Below are positions 1-21,214 of a DNA stretch of 64,000 nucleotides, piece by piece; positions within the stretch are counted from its first letter, which is position 1, and the number at the start of each line of letters is the position of its first letter. Position numbers and translations under genes: made by a program. The notes under the pieces were generated by a model that saw only the letters and a program-made list of their open reading frames with translations, made no database searches and was not told where the DNA came from. This DNA comes from Cyanophora paradoxa CCMP329 (Eukaryota; Plantae; Glaucophyta): assembly GCA_004431415.1 (NCBI GenBank), contig QPMI01000027.1, forward strand, positions 44,153 through 108,152, given 5' to 3'.

Positions 1-1528
1 AAGGACCGGCTCGTCGGCAAGTCCCTCTTCTTCTACTCTTACGTCTTCGTGCGCCCCCCGGGCCCTGCCGCCACCAGCCCGGCCCTTGCGCGCGCACTGC
101 TGTTTAATTCGCTGACGGCGGCTGCGGCCGGCGTCAGTGCGGCGGCCTCATCCTTGTGGGGACCATCGTCTCGTACTTCACCGTCGGTCAGGTGAGGATT
201 AAATTTAAAGGTTGTTAATGCAGTCGATCGTGCACGAACATGCACATACGTATACACATATATGTATAGAATCATATGCATTTAAAAAATTAGCCACGAC
301 TGCTGTCGTCTGGTTATAGAAAAATTGCAAGAGCCAGCTGCGCATGCCGCGCGTGGCGCACGCGCGCCCGGGCGGGTGTGTGCTATGCTTATGCACGTGC
401 ACATACGTATGCTTATACATACACATGCTTATAAAAAATTACCCACGACGGCTGTCATGCTCTTATCGCGTACACCGTTCCCGGTATCGATATCGCCGCT
501 AACCATTGATCCTCACACATACATTGCCGCTGAACGCATGCAAGTCCGAACTGACGGGCGTGAACTTGCGCAGCTCGAGGGGCTCACCCTCAAGCAGCTC
601 CCCGGGTGCGTTGCAGCCGTTGGAGCAACCATGGCCTGCAGCTGCCGTCAATTCACGCCGTCGCTCACCTGATTGAGCGCCCGTGCAGGATGGCCGCGAA
701 CTGGGAGAAGAAGGACGCGGATCTGACGGTGGCGGAGCGCGCCGTCTTCGTCGACAAGGCGAGCGCGGGCCGGGCGACCTGCCTGAGCCGCTCACCCGCC
801 GCCGGCTGAGCGTGTGCTCGCGCCGCGCAGGACGGCCTCTTCATCGACAAGGCGCGGCGCGAGCATATCGGCTCCATGTGCTGCGCCGCCGTCTTCATGG
901 TCCCTGCTTCCATGCATTAATATTGCTATCAGTGGCTTTCGCTGACGCCGCGGGCAGTCGATCATGATCGGGCAGTACGGCGTCCTCATCACCTCCAAGA
1001 CCCTCAAGCGCTCCGTCTTCTCCATTAGCCACTGGTGCGCGGGAGACGTGCGGGGCGTCGCGGCGCGCGCGCGTGCGTTGCCTTGTCGCGCGCTGAAGAG
1101 CACGTGCACGATGCCGGCGGGCAGGTACAACAAGGCGATTCTGATCTCGGTCGCTTTCGAGACGGTCGTCTGGATCCTTATGCTTTACGCCCCGGGCGTC
1201 CAGGTGACTGCAGCCTACCGCGCCTTCTCGGTGGGCGATCGCGATGTCAACCTCTCTCCTTGTTTCCGCATGCGCAGGACGTCTTCAGAATGCCGAAGAA
1301 CCCGGCCTTCCACTTCCAGTGAGCCCGCTTAAAAATTTCATGCTTTAAATTTCTGTACACGTCTCTCTCTGTCCGCCACATGTACACTCATTTACTCTAC
1401 CTCCTCCTCGTAGGTACCTCCTCCTCTCCGTGCCCTCGACACTCCTCATCATAGCGCTCGACGAGGCCCGCAAATGGCACATCCGCACGTACCCCGGCGG
1501 CTTCTTCGACCGCTGGACCAGCTTCTGA
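1..1528 (+). CDS. 3' portion of a P-type IIC (Na+/K+-like) ATPase alpha subunit, copy A (spliced; 5' part outside window)
   Basis: Spliced exons give KDRLVGKSLFFYSYVF...SIMIGQYGVLITSKTLKRSVF...DEARKWHIRTYPGGFFDRWTSF* (TGA 1526-1528), matching the TM7-TM10 C-terminus of Na,K-ATPase alpha. Near-identical to 13807-15586. Confidence 0.9.
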
Positions 1529-2188
1529 AAAGCTGTCTGTTTTTGGCTGGATCTACATAATTATATTACTCCAGCGGTAGCGGCGGACGTGTAGACACCA
1601 TGACCATGATTACTCGGGCCCATGCAATTAGTGGCCTTGATTATATCGATATCATTGATGTTTCACTACAGCTATTCTTTCGATTTATCGCTATCGATTG
1701 CGTTATTTCATCCCGCTCCATGTGCATGTCACGTTGGTCTCGGAAATTCTTTTTCTCTTTTGTAGCAGGTGTGCGGTACCTTAAGCTAGTTTGCTTTTGA
1801 TCGTAACACATGATATCGATGTTCGCTAGCGGCTTATTGTAACTATTACTTGTAGCACATCTGCGGTCTAGATCTACGCCGTATACGCCGGGCGACAATG
1901 AGTAGGCTATTGTCGAAGAGATCGACTTTCTCTATCAACTTCTTTTTTTTACTACGGAGTTAGGCTTAGGGCTTCTCTTTCATTTTTGAAAATTCGCTGT
2001 TTTGAACAGAGTCGATGTCTAGATCTACCCCCTCGCGCAATATGCAAACATGGGGGCAAATTAAATGAATGTTACCTGTACCCATATCGATGCCATATCC
2101 CATGATATCCGATATCCGATGAAATGCTGACTTTATGCATTTGCTACTAGTATCTCGCACCGGGCCACACGTGCACGCCGTGAGTTAA

Positions 2189-2480
2189 TTTTTTTTTGAG
2201 AGACTACGGTGGGGCGAACCCCCCCGTAGGTAGTGATATTAAGGACAACAAAGCAATCACAAATCAAAGATACAGTAAACTAGCACAAAATACAGAATCA
2301 AGAGGGATCACAAGAAGGGACACGTGTACGATCAGAAGAACGCAAAAGATAAGGAGAACGAGCACGAGGCGAAGGAGTAGAAGAGCTCAAGGACGTCGAC
2401 GCAGACTCTGAGAAGTAGTACTGAAGTACTAGTCAGTGTAGTAGTCACACAGACTCACACTAGCCCTAGTAGAACGACGA
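2189..2480 (-). mobile_element. 3' end of a LINE/SINE-like retroposon (5'-truncated)
   Basis: On the minus strand, a pyrimidine-rich tract is followed by a stem-loop with a TTCG tetraloop (2204-2229) and an A9 tail (T-run 2189-2197). CACGCCGTG occurs on both sides (2174-2182, 2481-2489) but is not flush with the tail. Confidence 0.5.
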
Positions 2481-2599
2481 CACGCCGTGTTCTGCATATT
2501 CAATTTATATATAGTGCTAAATTGGCCTGCATGCGCAACCTCCTGGTGCCTGGCGGCCCATGGCCAGTGCTGGCCCAGCTGCCCCAGCAGTGGGCCAGC

Positions 2600-4641
2600 T
2601 AGGGTTGCCGTGGTGAAGTTTCACATCGCGTAAACTTCACTACTTCAGTGAAGTTTCAGTTTCAGTTTCACCAGGCCTGCTGAAACTTCACGTGAACTTC
2701 AGGCTCCCATACAAAACTTCTTGCTGGAGCCCCTCGCGCTGAAGGCGGAAGCGGCAGCGGTTCAAGGTCTTAAACAGTACCTCCAGCCTGTAAACTCATT
2801 TTATGCTTATCTGACAGCAGAAAAGGGTCACTCTCGCACTTGGTTGGCCCACATGTGGGTGTACCCCCAAATGGCAGCAGTACTTCTTGTCGTCCTAATA
2901 CCCTGCGTTTTTCGAGGGTGGTGGTACCCCCCCTGGGAGCGACCGGGGGGCGGGTGGGGGCGAGGCGTGCGGGGGTACGGGTGCGGGGAGGCACGGGGAC
3001 GGGGGGTGATTGTGACGGGGACGCGCGGTATGCGTATATGTATACACCCTGTGAATGGACATATACCCGAATATATGCCTATTGAGTTGCGATTATTCGG
3101 CTATTGAGCGGGGTAGGGGTGCCCTGGACGGGGCGTGAAAAACGGATCAATGGGGTTGCGCGGCGTGGTGGGGGTACGGCGACGCGGGGAATCGGCCCGG
3201 GTGGCCCTGGCTGGGGTGATTCTGGCGGCAGTGCGGGGCTGGGGGGCCCGGGACGGGCGCACTCTGGCGGCGATGGCGGACGCGGCGAAGACGATCACGA
3301 AGACGACGGCGCGGCCGAAGCGGGCGGCGGCGGCCGCGGGCAAGAGCAAGGGCATTGAGGCGGCGAGGGCTTCGGCGAGGGCGGCGAACCGGCGGAAGTA
3401 CGTGGAGCGGAAGATCGCGCTGAAGGAGCGGTCGCTGCGGCTGTCGCCGAAGGAGCTGCGGGCGGCGGCGCTGGTGCGGCAGGAGCAGGCGGAGGCGGGG
3501 CTGTCTGCGCAGCTGGGCATCTTCCACACGGGGCCGGTGATGCCGGTGCTGGACATGGGCGGGCCGGGCAACCTGTACTGGGAGGCGGTGACGCTGGACA
3601 TCTTCCGCGACCTGGTGCACGGGGCGCTGCGGCGGACGCCGGGCTACGTGCGGCACGAGGTGTGCGCGGAGGACGCGGCGGAGCTCGGCGCGGAGGTGCC
3701 GGAGGGCGCGGACTCGGTGCCCTGGTGCTTCGGCGTGGTGTCGCTGGAGATGGCGCGCGGCGAGAGCGTGCTGAACGTGCCGGCGATCATGCTCAACGGC
3801 ACGTACGCGAGCGGGCGCTTCTTATCCTTTCATCTGGTATCAATGGCGAATCAGGCACTGTGGCTGGGCTCAGGCCTGCTCGTGGGGCTCGGGCTCGCGG
3901 GCTTCGGTGCATTTTCGCTGTTCTGGCGAGTCCACAGCGCCTACGGCTGGCAGGCGTCGGCGCCGGTGCTCGTGCTCATCCTGGCACTGCTGGTCCTGTA
4001 CCGCCAGCTAATCGCCGTTGCACTAATGGGCGCAGTGGTCGCCATGGGAGTGAGTCAGCCGAGTCATTATAATTAGTGATTCATGTACATATACCATGCC
4101 TCTCGGCACCCTATTGGTGCTTTTTGGCGGTCTGTATCTGCTAAGGCCATGGCTTGAATTGACGGTACAATACTACTACAGTACTTACTTCCGAGCGACG
4201 ACGTCACCATGACGTCATTCCGGACTCGCCGGTTCGCCGCCGGTCCGACCACCGCCCGCGTCACGGGTGCCACGGGAGTCACGGGAGTCACGCGTGGCGG
4301 TGGCGGGTCGGCGTACCCGTGGCGGGCCACGCCTGGCTCGACCCCCCCGCACGCCGGTCCCGGGGGGGTACCGCCGACCCATGAAATCCCCAGGGTTCCG
4401 AGTTGACAATCTCCCTCCAAATCTCGCATATCTTAGCAGAGCTCACATTTACAAAACATCTACAACAGTCCAGGAGGCTTCTACGCACGCTTTTGAGTCG
4501 TTTAATTTGGAGGGCAAATCTCGCAAGCGTGTGTAGTGAAACATGCAAAAATAGTGGAACTTCACGTGAAACGTGTGAAGTTTCACGGTAGTTTCAGTTT
4601 CACCCCGGGCTTGTGAAACTTCACGTGAAGCGGCAACCCTA
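2600..4641. mobile_element. Non-autonomous hAT transposon carrying a cargo ORF
   Basis: 11-bp TIRs TAGGGTTGCCG/CGGCAACCCTA, perfect 8-bp TSD GGGCCAGC (2592-2599, 4642-4649), and subterminal GTGAAGTTTCA/TGAAACTTCAC repeats at both ends. No transposase. Confidence 0.92.
3272..4076 (+). CDS. Intronless hypothetical protein inside the hAT element: basic N-terminus, 2-3 C-terminal TM helices
   Basis: Open frame 3135-4076 with likely start MADAAKTITK, strong GC3 codon bias and a hydrophobic C-terminus. No family recognised. Confidence 0.55.
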
Positions 4642-4983
4642 GGGCCAGCACTGCGGCAGTGGGCCGTGGCGGGCAGTGGCGGCCCTGCCACTGGGTTGCC
4701 AGTGGCCCGGGCCCAGTGCCGCAGTGCTGGCCCACTGCTGGGGCAGCTGGGCCAGTGGCCAGTGGCCACTGGCCACAGTGGCCAGTGGCCACTGCCGGGC
4801 CGCATGATGGATATGCATCCGATGATCCGGCCGCCCGGCGGCCGCGCCGGGCATGGGCCCATGGCCTAGGACGGTGGCATGGCCCATGGGCCGGCGCCAT
4901 GGCACATCGAGCCTGGCCAGGCTGGCCATGGCCTGGCCGGGCTGGCCCAGTGGGCCCATGGCCCATGGGCCATGGGCCATGGC

Positions 4984-5364
4984 TAGGGTTGGGCTTACTC
5001 CGGTAATACCCCGTCCGGGCCGAGTAAGGGTAAAGTACTGAAAGTATTACCCCGAGTATTACCGAGTAAACACCGCTCCTCCCCCCCCGGTCCACTGAGC
5101 TCGAGCTGAGGCGGAGGCATGTCCTGCGACGTGAGCCAGCGCAACCCGGCTGGAAAGCTTCTGAATCGATAGCTGATCAACGCTATATGCGCCAAACTGC
5201 GCTCCCCGCGCTGCTAGAGCCTGCCCCTCCCCCCTGACGTGTCTGCAGCGGTGTACCCCCTCTTATTTACTCGAGTATTACTCGGTCGGGGTCCGAGTAA
5301 GGTACGAGTATTACCGAGTAAAGGTAATACCTCGGTTTACCGGTAAAAGTAAAGCGCAACCCTA
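4984..5364. mobile_element. hAT-type MITE (381 bp)
   Basis: TIRs TAGGGTTG(G/C)GCTT, 8-bp TSD GCCATGGC (4976-4983, 5365-5372), subterminal CCGAGTA/TACTCGG repeats. Confidence 0.9.
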
Positions 5365-6049
5365 GCCATGGCCCATGAGCCATGGGCCATGGCCAAGTTC
5401 CAGGCCAACTTGCAAATCATCAGAGTCCGGGAATCGATCCGATGATCCATGATCGGAAAATTGCGATCTTGAATCATTGTTGCTTCATGGTTGATTCGGA
5501 AAATTGCGACGGAAATTCGGGCTGAATTTCCGACTCCGAAAGTTCGGACCGAAACTTCCCGTTGACGTCCCAATGATTGCTATTTCAGATCAATTTCACA
5601 TCACATCATGCGCCGATGATGCGCACATCATGCGCCGATGAACGACTTGCATTTTAATTATCACCGTAATATTCTGATGAAATTCATGATTACGAACCGG
5701 TACGTAAATATACGACGTCGACTCCGGATCCGTGTGAGACTGTACGTATACCGTAAAAGGTCCGTAATACAGAATATTATTAAAAAGGAATGGGAATTCT
5801 ATTAAGGTCTGCACTTTATTATGTCATCCCAAATTATGTCGCCTCGGACGTGATATAACGACACAATTTGGGGCCGTCATACTATGATAAAACGGCCCGG
5901 CGGATATAGTAAGTCGCCCCATAGTAGGGGGCCTACTAGGGGCCAAACATTTTACCACGCGCCGAGTCGTCGCCGACTCTCAGAGTCTACGTACGCAAAT
6001 TAAAGTACCAGCCTCGGAGCAATTGCAAGCTTACTAGTAAGCGCCGCTA

Positions 6050-6319
6050 CCGTGTAACACTAAATTAACAGCCCGTTAATTAACAGGTTATAAAATCTGG
6101 CCCTCCCGGAGTCCCATAGTCGAAATAACAGAGCCCCAAATTAACAGATCATCAAAATTTAGGATTGTATGGGGCGATAATGTCGGGGGGTAGATTGTAT
6201 GGGACGGCTGAGCAGCAGCGAATTAGCAGAGCCCCAAATTAACAGATTATGTCAAGATTTCGGTCTGTTAATTTGGGGCTCTGTTATTTAAGTCAGCCCA
6301 TTAATTATATGTTACACGG
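6050..6319. mobile_element. Tc1/mariner-type MITE
   Basis: TA|CCGTGTAACA...TGTTACACGG|TA termini, with internal direct and inverted CAGAGCCCCAAATTAACAGA repeats. Confidence 0.8.
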
Positions 6320-7377
6320 TACTAAGCGGCCGCCGGCCCGCCGGGCACTGCTGCGGCAGTACTAGCTAGTAGTGCTACTAGGCTAGCGCTGGCACTGTCA
6401 CAGTGTGCCACGGTAGTGACGGTACCGGTGCTGCCAGGCTGCGCATGCGGCACCCGCCGCCCGGTGACCGAGGCGGCACTTGCATCATCATGGCATCATA
6501 CTTTTTTCCCTGCTGTTAATTTTCAGTGATTTTTCACTACGTAGTGGGCGACAGCGAATTTTCGGAAATACCGTACCGCCGGTACCGGTAGTACGGCCCC
6601 GCACCGTCACGGCGTGGGCCGTGGGCCGTGGGCCCGTGGCCCGTGGGCCCGTGCACGTGGCATCACTGGCATGCCTAGGACTCCGGGTCCGAGTCCGGGA
6701 TCCGGAGGCTAGCCTAGTAGGACCGTCGGACGTACTACGGTACACGGTATCCGGTGCCGCAGTGCACGCGTACGCCGACAGCAGCGCTAGCTGCAGACGT
6801 TGCCAAGTTGAAGCAGTTGTTGCCAAACTTGGCAAAGTTGCATGCAGCCTGTTCAACGGTTCAACGGTTGCCGCGGCGCGCGCGCGCACTGTGACACACA
6901 CTGTGACACCCAAACCTGTGCCGTAATAATGCAGCAGCCGTCACACGGCGTATAAGCCCCGTACGCGTGCCAATTGCAACTTATAATTAAAGCGTGCAAC
7001 TTCGAATTCGGTGCAAGCGATCATGACCTTGAAGCAGCGCTAGCTTTAGCAGCAGCTGTGCGAGAAATATATGCTGCACGCGCAGCATGCGCACTAGCAC
7101 TGCAGCTATAGATACGTATACGCATTACCCAAATCCCGGCCGTACCGTCGGACTTGAACATGCACATGTGTTCCTGAGCTGCCGCTGAAATTACAATCAG
7201 TATAAGATACGTAACAGCTGCAGCCTGCAGGTCGCGTTGGTTGACATTTATATTCGATCGCGACACCACCCAGCCGCAGCAGCAGAAGTGTGCAATCTAG
7301 CCGATCGCGCGCGCACGCACACCCGCTTTAATTTCAGCTGCAGCACCCCCGCGCACTGCGGCAATTAGATTTATGTT

Positions 7378-15586
<8,209 letters not shown>

Positions 15587-16212
15587 AGAGCTAATCGATA
15601 TATATCATGCATTTTCAGCTAGGAATCCTAGGATATCGTCGTCGTATCGATCCGGATCCGGAGTTCGAGGCAGGAAGGGGCCCCGGGGTTGCAATTGGCC
15701 CCCTCCCTTCGCGCCGTTGTTTTCAGCGGCTCGGCGGGGCCGGCGCCGTATACGTGTATATATTATGAACCTAAATTATGCTATTCTATTATAATTATAA
15801 GCTTGTATAGATAGATCTGTATAGATTATATGCATAGCGCTAGCGTTATAGCTAGCTGTAAATTGCAGAGGGCTGCGTGCGCTCGAGCTCGGCAGATCTC
15901 TCGGCAGATCAGCATGCGCAGATCGATATCACTGCCACAGTGTCAGTGTCATATAGCTAGGATACTAGGCTATTCCTAAATAGCTAGTAGCTAGCCCACC
16001 GGCCCTGGAGCTCTCTAGCTGCTCATGATCATCTGGCCATGGACAGCCGCCGGATTCCGAAGTTCGTTCCGACACTCGAGCTCGAGCTCGGCTCGACACT
16101 GCGTCCCCTCCGGATCCCGCGGCCCCCTATAGCTACTTGAGCCGCCGCCCGACTTCGACTCCCCGGCCGTACGCGACCCCGGCCGACTGCGACTGGTGAC
16201 CCGGCAGAAAGT

Positions 16213-16246
<34 letters not shown>

Positions 16247-17132
16247 TCCCGCCCCCCGCCCCCGCCTCCTCTTCCGGACGAATTCGAATCCGGGCCCTTG
16301 ACAGCAGAAAACGCGCGGAAAATTTAAATTAGCCCGGCCCTTAAAGCTTGCAGAAATGCTCCCCTTCCCCGCCCCCGCCATTTTGCGCCTGGGAACCCCA
16401 GCAGGCCTACCCGGGGGGCCCGTCCTCTGCGCCGCCCTAGGCATCAACAAAAAACCAGCTAGGTCCGGATCCTCAATTCAGAGAGATCTCGCACTGCTGC
16501 GCATGCTCGAGCTCGACCAGCACCTCGACCTCAGAGCAATTTGGAGGGACCGCTGTGCCCGTAACCATATGCATGCCTGCAGCTGGCCATATGCCGCAGT
16601 GCATGGGATCCCGGAGATCCGACGAGGCATCATATGCATGATCACCGGTACCGGCGTCGACAGGACTCATTAATATATATATATATATAAGCGTCGATAT
16701 CGATATATATATATCGATTCCGTAAACGTTAACGCCCAACTTCGAATTCCCCCCCCCCCCCCCCCCCCCCTCCCCCCCGAATCTAAGCCGAGCCCCCGCC
16801 CTCCACCGGGTACCCCCGGCGGTCCCCCGCCTCAACGTTAACGGAGGGCCAGGTTTGACACCGCGTTAATTTACCGTTCTACGGTAGTACGCCGCAGTAA
16901 GTGCCCGACGGTAGCCCCCCGGCCCATGGCCAGGGACTTCGATTAAAAGAGGAAATTACACCGTTTAATTACACGCGAAAATAAAATTATACACAATCAC
17001 AGGCATGCATATACATGCATCTGTGCTCAGAAATTTCGCTCAACGGTTGCCGCGGAAATTTCATTGACAAGTTGCAATCATTGGTATCAGAAATTTCGGC
17101 CTGCGCAGTGCGCATCCAGGCTGATCCAGCTA

Positions 17133-17373
17133 CTGTAAAACGAGAAATGTCCGGCGTCACTTTATTTCGGCAAAACCCGAAAAATGCGCCGAAATTGTGG
17201 TTCGTCGGCATCATATTTTCGGCAACACAGATAGTCCGCCTAGGCGGCGGGTACGTTGATCCCTCTTCTGCCATACATCTGCACAATTCTGGCAGTTTCA
17301 AATATTCGGCGCCGCGAGGCTATGCCGAATAGCGCCGAATATTAAGTTCTGCCGGACATTTCTCGTTTTACAG
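17133..17373. mobile_element. Tc1/mariner-type MITE (241 bp)
   Basis: 23-bp perfect TIRs CTGTAAAACGAGAAATGTCCGGC flanked by TA on both sides. Confidence 0.92.
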
Positions 17374-17942
17374 TAGTTAGGCACTACCGACGTCTACCGT
17401 TAGTACCGTAGTTACGGCGTAAGTATACGTACTACAGTACGTATACTGTACTACTACTGTACGGTACTACGGTACTACGGTGCGCCGGCGCCCTGAGCGC
17501 CGCCCTCACGGCGGCGCCGCGGCGTTGAGCCTCGGAGCGGCATGCGCATGCGCAGGCGCCGCCGCGCCGGCGCCCGGCGCCGGCCGCGCGCCGGCCGCGG
17601 CTCGGCGCCGGATCCGGATTCCGGACCGTCGGACCGGCGCGGCGGCCCGCCGGCGGCCGCGGGCGGCGGCGGCGGCTTTAACTCAGTTACTCAATCGGCC
17701 GTGCACGTGCCACGGTGCAATATTAACTTAGTACTATTAGCTGCGCATGCAGATCTAGAGCTCCCGGAGTCCGATCATGATCCGATGATCATCGGATGCT
17801 CGAGCAATTCGCAAGCCGCTGAGCTGGAACTAACTAAGTTAAGCTTGAAGGCAGCGCGCAGTGTCCGTATACGTACATACAGTACTAGTATCCGTTCACG
17901 TAATCTACATCCGGTTGTGAACAAATATATATATACACGCAT

Positions 17943-19390
17943 ATGGCGAAGAAGACCGAGGACGGAGGCTGGCCCTCGGAATTCTTTGAGGAGGGCGAAG
18001 AGGAAAAGGCGGAGAAGCTGGAATTGGTATGTCCCATCTGCTTGAAAGTGATGCGAGAACCGGTGTGCACGTGTTTTGCGCTTCGAATTCGATTCTGCTC
18101 CGCTTTTAGATCTGCTGATCTGCTACATGTAATGTGTGCACATGTATATCGCGCGCAGACAGCAATTCGGTGCACGAACGAGCATGCTCTGTGCCGCTCG
18201 TGTGCGCTCCTGCTGGTGCGGGAGACAGGCGATGGCCGCGGCCACCCGTGCAATTGGCGAGACGTCGACGAGAGCAAGTGCACGAAACGCCGGCTCAAGT
18301 GCCCGCTCGACCGCGAGTTCATCGACAGGAATCGCTTCGGGCCCGCCGCCTACCACAGTCGCCGCATCAACGAGCTTAAAGTGCAGTACGTGCACGTGGT
18401 TTGTCATACTCGACGTCGACCGCTTGTTTATATATTTCTGACCATAAGATTGATTTCAACGCCCCCGGGGCCATAGTTGCGCTTACAAAACCCGCGGATG
18501 CGGCTGGATTGGCGAACTGGGCTCCTTTCTGTCACACGCCAGCAGCTGTAGCGTTGGGCGCGCCCGCGAACGCGCACGGTGCCCAGGCTGCGCGCAGCTT
18601 GTTCTCTCTGTCGATATGCCGGTGCGCCCCCAGGCCCATACATGCGCATATGCGTCTGGCCATATGCATCAGGTTATTACTAAGTTAGCTATACAAGATA
18701 GTATTAAGCTTAAGGAAGCTAAAGAAATCGCCTTGACGCTCCCGACAATTGGGGCCCACGCACAATACACTCGCGCGTGACCGTGGGACCCGACGCGACG
18801 CGCAGGCGCACGAGGAAGGTTGCCCCCTTATTCTCCATCCCTGCCCGAACGCCAAATATGGTTGCCGCGTCTCAGTACCTCGGGCTGGCCTCGACTTGCA
18901 CCTTGGTGCGAACGCGGGTCACAGCGCCTCGCGAGAACTTGAATTAAATTGATTTTGAAATCGGACTGTGCTGGCGCCGTTTCTTAATGATCATGAAATA
19001 TCAATATATGAATATTCGAACGTCGCAATTGATCTCCGCACGAACGTGCATGCAGAAACCTGCGAATGCTTGCAGAATCTCGTCGTCCGCCTGAGCAACC
19101 GAAAACGTCCGATCGCGAACCGTCCGGTGGCTCCGTCCGAAGCGTCCGGTTGACTTTCGTACGCAGGAGAGCTTGAATGCAAACGAGTGGTGCTTGGGGT
19201 CCTACTCGTTTTCCTTTACATTTCGCTCTGGAGGTACATTTTCGGAGGCGTGATTCTCCTCATCGTGCTGCTTGAGAAGGCCATTCTCGCCGCGCTATCG
19301 CAGTGGAAATATTACTTTACTTTTATCGCGTCAGTATTAGTCTTGTACGTTGCGATCTCCTACATATATGACGAAGACTGCTATCTGTAA
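17943..19390 (+). CDS. RING finger + TRAF-type zinc finger protein with C-terminal TM helices (probable E3 ligase; spliced)
   Basis: CPICLKVMREP..CTNEHALCRSC..CPLDR (RING); CAYKTRGCGWIGELGSFLSHASSC and HEEGCPLILHPCPNAKYGC..LDLHL (TRAF zinc fingers); hydrophobic last exon 19187-19390. Confidence 0.85.
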
Positions 19391-21214
19391 CAGGTATATT
19401 GAATATCAGAGCGAACACATACATATGCATGTACATGCATACGTATACTACGCAAACGTGACTAATCGGCCTTGCGGAAAGGAGAGGCCCTTAGGTCTGT
19501 TGGTATCTTGTCACAAATTTTAGAAAGCGAAATTCGTATATTTGAAGACACCTACTACCCCATTTTTGACCCTGGGGAGCACGTTGGTGCGGCCCGTTTT
19601 CCTATGAGAGGCCTCTAATGGGCAGTAACAGCACGTCCAAAAGCACAGAAAAGCATTTTCCCGGAAAAAATAGAAAGCGCAAATCACATTGGCCTTCCAA
19701 GTCGAAATTTGAAAATTACTAGTGGCCCGGCCGCGATTTTCGCGCCGGGGGTGCAAGCGGGGAACCGGGATCTAATGAAAGAGTCCTAGTGGCACGCACA
19801 TGCGCAGAGTCCTCCCCTCGGGCGTGCTCGGCTGCGGGCAGCGGCGCACGCGGTACTGTGGTATAAGCTCGATTTCGGCGGCGTGCTGAGCGCAGCAAGA
19901 GAGCACGGTCTGGACGGCCGGGCGTGCTCGGCTGCGATCAGCGGCGCAGCTAGGCAGCGGCGCAAGCGGTTTTGCGGTGCAAGCTCAAGCGCTAGCACGA
20001 GTGCCGGGCAGCGTGCTCGGCTGCGGGCAGCGGCGCGTGCTCGGTAGGCGGTGCTGCGGTGCAAGCTTGATGCCGTGAGAAGTAGTCCAGGCGGCACGGG
20101 TACCGTGCGGCGTGCGCGGCCGCCGGGCGCAGTGTGAGGAAGCGGAAATCTAGAGGAGACAGCTAGGGAGAATTTAAGTGGTTTCATGCAGAACCGCGCA
20201 AGGAAGAGCCCGGAGTGAGAGAGAAGTTGGTTTTCCCCTCGAAAACCACTTTTCGCGAGTTCGAGAGAGCTCTCGCGAGCTCGAGTTTGACGCTCGAAAG
20301 TCGAGGGCTGACCGGTTCACCGAGCCAATCGGATCGCGAATAAAGCACCATTTTTTCCGGTGTTGCATACTGGACCTCGAAAACGGCCTCATAGAAAAAT
20401 TTTGGCTGAAGCGAGGGAACGGGATTCCGGGAAGCAAGCTGGGAGAAGCCCTTCGGTCTTCGTCCCCCCTTGCAATTAATTTCAAGAGACCGCACCCCAT
20501 TCGCTAGGAAATAGTTTCCAACTTAACGGAGCGCCACGTTGCCGTTACCTGGCGTTCGGAGCGCTTAAATTAAAAAAGCGCCACCTGGCGTTCCAGCAAA
20601 CTTGTATGAGACAGGGTCGCAGTGTGCCACGATGTGGGATTTAAAAGTATTTGATGCGTTAGTTGAAAGATTATCAAAATAAACAATTTAGACAGAGCCT
20701 TGTTACTAAGTTACTGCGAATTACATTCAAATGATTCATAGATAAATATTAACCACCTCCAATTTGGCAAAAAGCGCCGAAAGTCGTTTTCATTCAGCTG
20801 AGACGACCAATATGGGCCCCTCGGGGCCTGTACTCGGTACAATTGCGGCCGATTGGGCCCCGCATCGATATCTGTACCCTTGCGGCACAATTCTGTACCC
20901 TCTCACTTGAGTGTGTACCCTTGCCTAGTGGACCCCCTGTTTCTCCTCCCCCCTTCCCCGTATACGTAACCGCACGCGGTTGCGGGCGCCGGCCCCCGTT
21001 TAAAAACAAAGAGCTGCCACCCTCACGCCTTGAAGCCCCAAGACCCAAGACCACTCCTGCTTCGCAGGGACTCGCTTGTTATAATTGTTACTCAGTACTA
21101 GTACTGTAACTTAGTAATGTGAATATAAGTGAATCTTTGCAATCTTACTCATTCAATGATTGGCAATCGATATCGTTGCACGACATGCGCAATCTTTATT
21201 CACGATTCTTTATG

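Noticed and set aside
16213-16777. Poly-C runs, and poly-G runs at 21345, 26235 and 35655, as functional G-quadruplex elements
   Set aside because: Homopolymers of unreliable length with no further supporting structure.
19780-20510. Thrice-repeated GCGTGCTCGGCTGCG block, probably TE-derived
   Set aside because: Could not define termini or a TSD.
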